Assembly: GCA_965645245.1 (NCBI GenBank)
Contig: OZ287078.1
Location: forward strand, 1,550,001 to 1,614,000
Length of the DNA: 64,000 bases
Direction: 5' to 3'
Source: Massalongia carnosa
Taxonomy: Eukaryota
In this document: one piece after another, positions 55,738 to 64,000 of the stretch
Numbering within the stretch: position 1 is the first letter of the stretch
Layout: each line of letters starts with the position of its first letter
Position numbers and translations under genes: made by a program
Notes under the pieces: model-generated
The model's input: only the letters and a program-made list of their open reading frames with translations
Database searches by the model: none
Told to the model about the DNA's origin: nothing

Positions 55738-57321
55738 ATGGTAAGCTATCGAGGCAAGCTTATAGCATTAAGGCGCGAAAAGTGTTGACATAGCTTTAAG
55801 GGGAATCAAACGTCAAACCTTGGAGGCAACCAACCCGGAGGAGATGGGAAGGATGACAAGGACAAGAAAGTGAGATTTAAATGCTGCTTTCTTTACACTG
55901 GGCGTGTTGCTGCTATTTGCCTGATGCTAATTTCTACAACCTTTAGAAAGAAAAACCCAAGTATGAACCGCCACCACAGCCAACAACACGTATCGGTCGT
56001 CGAAAGCGCAAAGCGGCTGGTCCAAATGCTTCAACTAAGTTGCCAACAATCTACCCTACATCTCGATGCAAGCTCAAGTATCTCCGCATGCAACGAGTCC
56101 ACGACCATCTTTTATTAGAAGAAGAATTTGTAGAAAATCAAGAGCGCATTCGTAAGGCCAAAGCTCAGAGTACTACAGCTCCTGCATCTGCTGGTGGAGA
56201 CTCGGATGCTCTGGACAGGAACGCGGACGAAAGGAGCCGTGTCGATGATATGAGAGGCAGCCCCATGGGCGTCGGGAATCTAGAGGAAATGATTGACGAC
56301 GATCATGCAATTGTCTCTAGTGCTACAGGACCAGAATATTATGTTTCCATCATGTCATTCGTGGACAAGGACCTTCTTGAACCTGGAGCCAGCATATTAC
56401 TTCATCATAAGTCTGTTTCCGTTGTTGGTGTCCTCACCGACGACGCAGATCCGTTGGTGTCAGTCATGAAGTTAGACAAGGCACCAACCGAGTCATACGC
56501 AGATATTGGTGGGCTAGAACAACAGATTCAAGAGGTACGAGAAGCTGTGGAGCTTCCACTACTGCATCCCGAGTTGTACGAGGAGATGGGCATCAAACCT
56601 CCAAAAGGTGTTATCCTTTATGGTGGACCAGGAACAGGCAAGACCTTGCTTGCTAAAGCTGTGGCGAACCAGACTAGTGCAACCTTTCTTCGCATAGTCG
56701 GTAGTGAGCTCATTCAAAAATATCTTGGTGATGGACCCCGCCTCGTACGCCAAATATTTCAGGTTGCCGCTGAACATGCACCATCCATTGTTTTCATTGA
56801 TGAGATAGATGCTATAGGTACTAAGCGCTATGAATCTACTTCTGGAGGCGAACGTGAAGTTCAGCGTACCATGTTAGAATTACTCAATCAGCTTGATGGA
56901 TTTGATGACAGAGGGGACGTCAAGGTTATCCTAGCGACCAACAAGATCGATACATTAGACCCTGCGTTAATTCGCCCTGGGCGAATCGATAGAAAAATAC
57001 TCTTCGAGAATCCCGATCGTATGTATTAGAGGGACAACACTTGATGAGACCAAATGCTGACAATTCAAAGAAAACACCAAGCGCAAAATTTTCACATTGC
57101 ATACCTCCAAAATGTCCTTGAACGATGACGTTGAGATTGATGAGTTCATCAACCAGAAAGACGATCTGTCAGGCGCCGATATCAAAGCCATCTGTTCAGA
57201 AGCTGGGTTGATGGCTCTAAGAGAGCGACGAATGAGGGTGCAAATGGCAGACTTCAGGTCGGCAAGAGAAAGGGTGATGAAGACAAAGAGTGAGGGAGAG
57301 CCAGAGGGGCTATATCTATAG
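55738..57321 (+). CDS. RPT2: 26S proteasome regulatory AAA ATPase subunit 4 (Rpt2); exons 55738-55740, 55801-55869, 55947-57018, 57071-57321
   Basis: M|GNQ N-terminus, GPGTGKT Walker A, FIDEID Walker [11 protein letters not shown]-terminal EGLYL. Confidence 0.95.
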
Positions 57322-57990
57322 AACACCATGCAGCCAATTCGTTGGAGCACTTCTTTAAGGTGCACGTTGCACTGCTCCTATCAGCCACATCTGGTGTATA
57401 CTCAATCTTCACTAATTGCATGATTTCATCATACTCAAACTACCTGTATAGATATCTTGACTATCAAAATTCTTTGCTACAGCAATTCGCCATGTATTTG
57501 CCGTGGGATTGTGTGAAAGGTCTTACTTCCCTATAATTATCTACTTGAACGAAAAGCACTAAAGTAATAACTGGCTGTTGTGTTGTTTGCTAACGCCATC
57601 TAGATTCCCACCTACCACGCCCAAAAAGTAGCTTGTTTTGCTAATGAATCAAGTAGCCACCACTCCATATGATACACTTGCTGGCAACCCTTCTTATCGT
57701 CATTACATATAATAGGGGTTTTCACGGTTGAGTTTTTTTGGCCAGGTTTTCAGGTTTTCAGGGTTTCAGGTTTTTTATGTAAGCACATTAAACCTATTTA
57801 GGTATAAATTCTCAGCCCTACTTTTCGAAAATTAAAAACCTGAAAACCTGAAATTCCGGTCTCATGAGTCCGGAATTTCAAGTTTTAATTTTCGAAAAGT
57901 AGGGCTGAGTCACGTTATTTAGGTTATCTTAGCTGGTTTATTTTAACTCAATTATTATCATCTCATCTTGATCATTCCTAATCATTAAAC

Positions 57991-58219
57991 ATGACGTCCA
58001 TCACTCTTCCAACTCGATCTCGAGGTCCCAATATCCGTTGGAAAGATGAAGACACTCAACTAGTCATTCAATGGCTTTGTATCAGAGACGATCAGGGTAT
58101 TTCCGTCAATCTCAATCTCTATCAAAAAGGAAACAAGGTAGAAGCTTGTAGAAGAATGCTGTTGGAGTCTGGACTGAGTGCTCAACGACCCGATGTATCC
58201 AAGGAAAAAGCCAGAGATT
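57991..58219 (+). pseudogene. 5' fragment of the transposon's second ORF (Myb/SANT-like DNA-binding protein)
   Basis: NIRWKDEDTQLVIQWL Myb-like first helix; convergent two-ORF layout typical of Harbinger-group elements. Confidence 0.6.
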
Positions 58220-59148
58220 GCATGTTCTATGTCTATACGAATTCGCGACAGTCTTTTGTTGAATCGACGAATATCCGGATCTCCAGTATGCGGTGCCTTG
58301 TATGGAGTCACCAGATACGTGGAATTCGTATAGGCACTGTCACCCAATAGATATTGACCGGGAGAGAAATAAAAGGCGGGATTCCGGCACAAATCACCTG
58401 CGGCGAATATACGCTGATCATGCTGAGAATTTGGCCATCCACTGAGAAAGTAAATAAACCTTTTATTCGAGTCACATACGGCACACAAATCCATCGCGTA
58501 TCTCTTTTTTCTGTTGAAGAATAGCTCGCCTTCGTATTTACCACCTGGTTTTGTATGTAGAACGTCGGTACCATCCACCTTGCCAACGACCCCGATAAAT
58601 CCATCTTGTCTCTGATTATTGGTCAAACTTCCTCTTATCCTAGCTCTTGCACTGGGCCATTGAACGAAGTCATTCTTTAGCCGACACAGTGCTTCTATCG
58701 CCCGTTTGGTGCAGTTAAAAACATGCCCTTCTGATATCCCCCACATGGTAGCTGTAGGAAGGAATCCACTGGCACTACCGTCATGTCCCATTCTAAAAAG
58801 AGCGTATTTTAGCTGATGTTCCACGGAGGCTTGAGGGACACGAGATTTATTAAAAAAGACGGGATCATTTCGAATTAAGCCGAGAACATGATCAAAGGAA
58901 AAGCGATTCATGCGTAGCAGACTTCGGAATCGATCATCCGAAAGGTTGGGAAGGACAGCCGACGCCCAATTGGATTTGGGAACGAATAATCGGGGAGTTA
59001 AATAACGCTGTTCTTGAATTCCTTCTGCTAGAAGTAGGAAATTCAATGCTTCATCCGATTCATCCGATGATGATGCAGTAGCATCATGTAGAAAGTAAAG
59101 ACAACGCAAATCTCTTTCCAGCTGCACTTTGCAGCTGACACGAGGCAT
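58219..59148 (-). pseudogene. DDE_Tnp_4 (HARBI1-like) transposase, C-terminally truncated
   Basis: FRSLLRMNRFSF, KVDGT, FFNRKKRY, GWPNSQHD, YLLGDSAY, FNKRLSRIRIDIEHA, then the frame runs into the opposite ORF. Confidence 0.85.
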
Positions 59149-60241
59149 AACTATTTAAAATGACAAAGAATGTCCTCTCGATCGAAGATGAGAAGTTAGA
59201 AAATAGGTTGGTAACATCTGATTGAATGACTAAGCATTAGAATTAATGCCTAAACGCCAAACCCTGATAACCTGAAAAATAAAACCCTGAAAACCTGAAA
59301 TTTGAAAATCAACCGTGAAAAACCCTAATAATCCCTTAAGTGTAACTGATATGTTTAGGTAGAAGCTAGAGAAGCTGAGTTCGTCGAGTGATAGCGACTG
59401 TCAAAATGTCCAACGACATTAGCAAACCAAATCCTTAATATTTTGCTCCTTTAATAATCGGCTGTCATCCGTCAGTATGAGGTTACAGAAGCCAGATTTC
59501 TGTGGATCTTATACCATGCCTTTTTTCTCTTTTTTTTACTGTTTGGCTTGAGGAATCATCATGAAAAGATAGGTGTTCGGTATTGATTTGTGATTTCTTA
59601 TCAAAATCCTTTTGTTTGTTTGTGCAAGAGATATAAGAAGCCAAGACACCAATCCTTAGAAGTGTTCCGAGAAGATAAAGATCTCTAAAATGGACATGTA
59701 CGGAAGTGTCGAACGCCCATAGGGCCGAGGCCAGCTTTGAGCCTCTCTCAATCATATACGGTCTTCTCTTCTACGCTCGATGAGTTTTGTTAAGAGTGTC
59801 TGCCACACTTGTCGTCGTTCTGCCTCTGTGTGTTTATAAGTCAACATATATCTATTCACCAAGAATTACGCAGTCGATATTGTTTTTATCGACTTCATTA
59901 CTTCTCGAATGTGGAGAGTACTATTAACCCAACGGTTGAAGTATATCATTTTCGATGTGCTCGAATGGCTATATCTACTTGGTCCCAGATCTCTTTTCCG
60001 TCTTCCTTTGTTCCATATCAACAGCCATAAATACATTGAACCTCGAATATTTTTTTTTTGATAAACTGTTTTAAGCTATCTAGGATATTTAATCTGAATC
60101 TTCGCTCATTATTTTAATCTCTTGTGGAACCTATCTCATCATCCCTCTTTCATCGAAGCTACCTTAAGACATAAGCTATATCGTCCAGAATTATTATCAC
60201 CGTTTTTCCTTTTGGAAGATGTTATTCAATCTTAGCAAGCC

Positions 60242-62050
60242 ATGGTGGGCTTTTATAACGCGAGTAAAGACAAGAATGTAAGTTTTCTAATTGGTAATTG
60301 AATAATAGCGGCTAATAAGCTTGTATACAAACAGGCCATACCCGAAAACCCGGTCGTCAAGTCGACTGAGGTCTTTAGGTATCGGAAAGCTATAAGGAGT
60401 CTATTCTCAGAAAACACGATGCATGGGTTTCATTTTACTAATGTCGGTTATAAACTAATCTTGTTTCAGGGCTCATTCTGTCTATAACCTACTGAACGAA
60501 CCATTCTGCCACCATGGGCCTGCGCCGCGAACGGTTAACTTTGAGGAGCCAAGCCACTATGCCTTGACATTACTTTCTTCAGCCGCCCCTTATTTTTAAT
60601 CTTTTACATTACCCAGCCTCAAGCATATCATGGCCGAGGCCGACCTAGTATAAAGGCCATTATTTAGCGACTCTCGATTTCAGCTGACGCAGAAGATGCG
60701 ACTCATAGTATCCTCCCCATCAGCGCGGCTAAATCATGGGCGGAATGCGTGTACCCTCAAGACCCACGAGGCACGAGTGTTCTCAGGTAGAACGCTTATC
60801 GGTTTGGATGCTCCGGCGTTGTATCTCCTGTACTTGAAAGCCTTGTAGAGTTTCCAAGTCACCAAGCTGGAGAGTTCGGAATTGCCTTAAAGTTCAGCGG
60901 ATGTGGAAGATACCACATCAGCATATGAAGAAGCCGTTGGGGAAAGCAGTTGTCGAGAAATGGAATTACAGAAACGCCTCGAGGAACTTGTATCGGCTTT
61001 ACAGGAGAAATTGGAGGCAAGAGACTTCATGATCCAGCAGATGACTACGGCTCGACAGTCCATGCAACAAGAGCTCGACTTGTTGAAAGGCCGGCCTACT
61101 TGCTCATCCTCACCTGCTCCCCCCGAGAGCGACCAGCAGCCATCTCTTACGGTAGATGAATTTCAACAAGATAACGGTCGACTACTCTAGGTCATTTCGT
61201 CTTTGCAAGCAAAGGTAAGTGTAGAGGAAGCGGGAGGACAGGATCCTAGCTCAAGCCAAGAAAAAGCAGGGGTACAAGCCATAAGCGAGGAGCTACAAGA
61301 TGCGGGTGCTCGACTATCAGGAGTCGTTAAAGAGAAGAGGATCTTGGCTGCAGGCCTTGCACGAGCACACTATAAGAGGACGTACGAACTCACATACGCC
61401 TTAGAAGACGCTAGCCCTACTTTGACAATGAAGGCCTAATTGAAGCTAAAGATATTCAGTACCAGAAGCTTCAAGAGAATGCCGAATAACGCTTTACTTT
61501 CACTAAGGTGCCTAGAGAAGGAGAGCACCCAGGACGCTGAATAGCTTCAACATGAGAGCTACTAAGTTTTCATCAAGCCAAAGCAAAGATGATGACCCGA
61601 CAGTTCTGTCATAGTGCAGGTTTCAGCTCTGGGTTGAGTAGGGAAATGAAAGCACAAAACGGCAGATGACGACATCACCGCTGATGCTTTGCAGCAGCAG
61701 AAGTGCCATCCAGATCGTCAAGCATTGCCACTAGACAATTGGCAGAAGAAAACTACATGTGGAGATTGGCCCAGAGCCTGGGTAGTCCTAGTACCGAGAA
61801 GACGATTAGAGAGACTCGAAAAGATATGTTGCAGCCAACCAATGCTGCCATCCAAAATGCAGAACGGGTAGCAGAGCAACGGGTCGCCACAAAAGCCACT
61901 GCGGAACATTTCGAAGAACTTGGAATGCTCCTTAAGGCAGGTATCGATCTTATTCAAAGGTGCTTGACAGAGAAAAACTATTCGTCTAATCCACCATCAT
62001 TTCTCTCAGCCCTCAGGCCATTAATAGGGCATCTGATTGAAGAGCTGTAG
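60242..62050 (+). pseudogene. Decayed gene for a coiled-coil protein
   Basis: ATG 60242 with intron-like GTAAGT..GCTAAT..CAG; consecutive coiled-coil ORF pieces 60903-61190, 61203-61439 and 61703-62050 broken by stops and frameshifts. Confidence 0.5.
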
Positions 62051-62929
62051 GCTTGAATACTCAGCTTTCGGGATTGTCGGACGGTTTTTTATAAATTGGG
62101 CTAGACAACTAGGTACCTACCTACTAACTTAGTTAACTTACGTTACCACAACTCAGTCCTGGTTTATGTAAGGAATACTTTCATGCGGCCAATTACTGCA
62201 TTGTCGAGGTTAGGTTTAGGGTAGGATAAGATGTGTATGATAGAATTGGATAGGACGGGGGAAAGGACGATGGGAAAAGAAAAGAAAGGAGAGGAAAGGC
62301 GGTAGGGTACAATATGTTTTTATACCTACATAATATCTCCGCCTACCCAACCCTCCCCTCTTCCTCCAAATTCTCCGTCCCCCCTCCACCTCAACTACTA
62401 AGGAACCTTCCCCCCCTCCCGGCCCACCCAAAAATACTTCTTTTCCTTCTCTTTCCTTTCCCCTAAAACTATTTTCCATTGCCCTTTACCAATCTAGTAC
62501 CGATTACGGTGTAGTCATTTCTCTATCTATGACCTCACACACATATAGAGTTTGAACAGGGATCGGGAATGCAGATCTGCTGGATGGGTAAGGAAGAAGG
62601 CCGGGGGGGGGGGTAAACCGGAATCTTGAGTTCGGAGGGATGGACGGCAGATGCTGAATGTTGGGTATGGAGTAGTGAGCAGGAGTGAAGGGAGTTTTGG
62701 GAGGAAGGATGATTTGGGGGAGCAATGAAGAAGTGAATGAGAAGAAAGGGGGTTAATCCCAACTCCGGGAAAATGCCATGATGCAACCTACCAAAACATA
62801 ACACACACTTGCTCAACCCATCCATCAATAAATCAGGTACAGCGGAAAAAAAACAATGAAGAGGAAAACCCACATAAAGAAGAAAAGCTAGCAAGCGCCC
62901 CCCATGAACACAACATCTCCCAGATCCTT

Positions 62930-63777
62930 TCACAGCACCCCATCCGCCACCCCCGTGACTTTCTTCAAATCCCCCGTTTTCCCAACGGTTTTCCCCACAT
63001 CCGCCGCTTTCTTCGGGTCTCCCGCATCCAACCCTGCAGATTTCGTCGCGTCATTTACTTTGCTACCGCCGGGCACTTTGTTCACGGTCCCATTGAGAGC
63101 GGCGGAATCTTTCTTTTCGCTGCCAGCTTTCTTATCCGCGCTGGGTTTTTTAGGAGCCGGGGTGTGCTGCTTTTCTTCTTTCAGCGCGCCGTTTTGCCTT
63201 TCCGCCCCGTTCGGCGTCTGCTCCCCGTTGAAATCCTCCAACCCTACCATCTTTTCCAAGCCGCTCTTGAACGGGGTGTGAATACCCGGAATCTCCTTTT
63301 GATTGAACCACTTGATGATGTAATACCCCCCAACGCCCCACAACCAGATGAACGCCGCAGCAAAGGTCGTGACGAACAGCACGGGGAGGAGGATCAGGAG
63401 GGCGAAGCCCACGGCCACGACGATGAAGACGAGGGCGCCGAGCAGGCCAATCAAGAGGGCGCCAAGCAGAGAGAAAACGACAACGGTGATGGTCATGATC
63501 GCGAACAAGCCAAGCGGAACACCGGTGAGGGCGACTTGGGAGAGGATGAAGGACTATAGGGGTTGGCTTTAGTCATTTTGGGTAAGGAATAGAGGGGAGG
63601 AGCGGGGGCACGAACGGCTAAAAGGGGTTTCTCGGTGGCGAATTGGGAGAGTTTGGCCCATAGCTCGTTGCGCGTTTCGGGGGGAAAGATGCGGTCGAGA
63701 AAGGATTGGCCTGTGCTTATGGCGCTGGTGATGGTGCCTTGGAGGGCGCCGGTCATGCCGCTGACGAGCTCAGCCAT
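62930..63777 (-). CDS. Promethin/LDAF1-like membrane protein; exons 63777-63616, 63553-62930
   Basis: LDRIFPPETR..FATEKPLLA|SFILSQVALTGVPLGLF followed by a long hydrophobic hairpin and a hydrophilic tail. Confidence 0.75.
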
Positions 63778-64000
63778 GGTTAGGGATTTTGGGGGGGGGG
63801 AGGTTAAGGGGTGGGAATTATTATGAAGAGGTCATTTAGAGTGGGTTCTGGGTTCTTGGTGAATGCACTTAGTTTATTTTATAGAACATCTGATGCCGAT
63901 GTTTTCGTAGTGATATGAATGTTTTCCATCATGGTTATACGAGTGTGCTGGATGTTTTACTCCAACGGGCGGGAAAGTAGCAACGAACTAAAGCAGGAAT

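Larger units (their letters stand above)
57714..59326. mobile_element. PIF/Harbinger-group (PHIS) DNA transposon, internally deleted, 1613 bp, TSD AAT
   Basis: 18-bp TIRs AGGGGTTTTCACGGTTGA / AGGGTTTTTCACGGTTGA; AAT at 57711-57713 and 59327-59329; subterminal CAGGTTTT/AAAACCTG repeats; two convergent ORFs. Confidence 0.9.

Noticed and set aside
59341..59487. TGTAAC...GTTACA 147-bp segment resembling a solo LTR
   Set aside because: Flanks TTAAG/GAAGC give no TSD and there is no second copy.

Overview
Eukaryotic DNA from a filamentous ascomycete (Pezizomycotina-type genes with short GT-AG introns and CTRAC/CTAAY branch points; a lichen-forming lineage is possible but is only a guess). The left ~32 kb is accessory-like. 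It holds an orphan 3-exon gene, a RING-finger gene, a GT71 mannosyltransferase, a ~10.6 kb nest of broken retroelements and a HET-domain pseudogene. The nest (17.7-28.25 kb) contains a solo LTR inside another LTR-like sequence, a scrambled Ty3/gypsy chromovirus, a tyrosine-recombinase (DIRS-group/Ngaro-like) retrotransposon and an internally deleted Ty1/copia. The right ~32 kb is core genome: SRR1-like, CTR9, a lysophospholipid acyltransferase, cyclin H, homocitrate synthase (~20 introns), a small secreted-peptide gene missed by the ORF track, an MFS permease, UBC1, RPT2, a deleted PIF/Harbinger-group transposon, a coiled-coil pseudogene and a promethin-like gene. The most unusual observations are: (1) the gypsy pol is circularly permuted (RNaseH-INT-gag knuckle-PR-RT); the 3705-bp unit is opened exactly at a duplicated GTGAT, reads in one frame and abuts the YR element; (2) the YR element joins gag to RT in frame through a TGA-CTAG readthrough context and carries a strongly structured GC-rich 3' tail; (3) the gypsy carries an antisense ORF with a Zn2Cys6-like motif. 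All family assignments come from motif recognition by eye; no searches were run.
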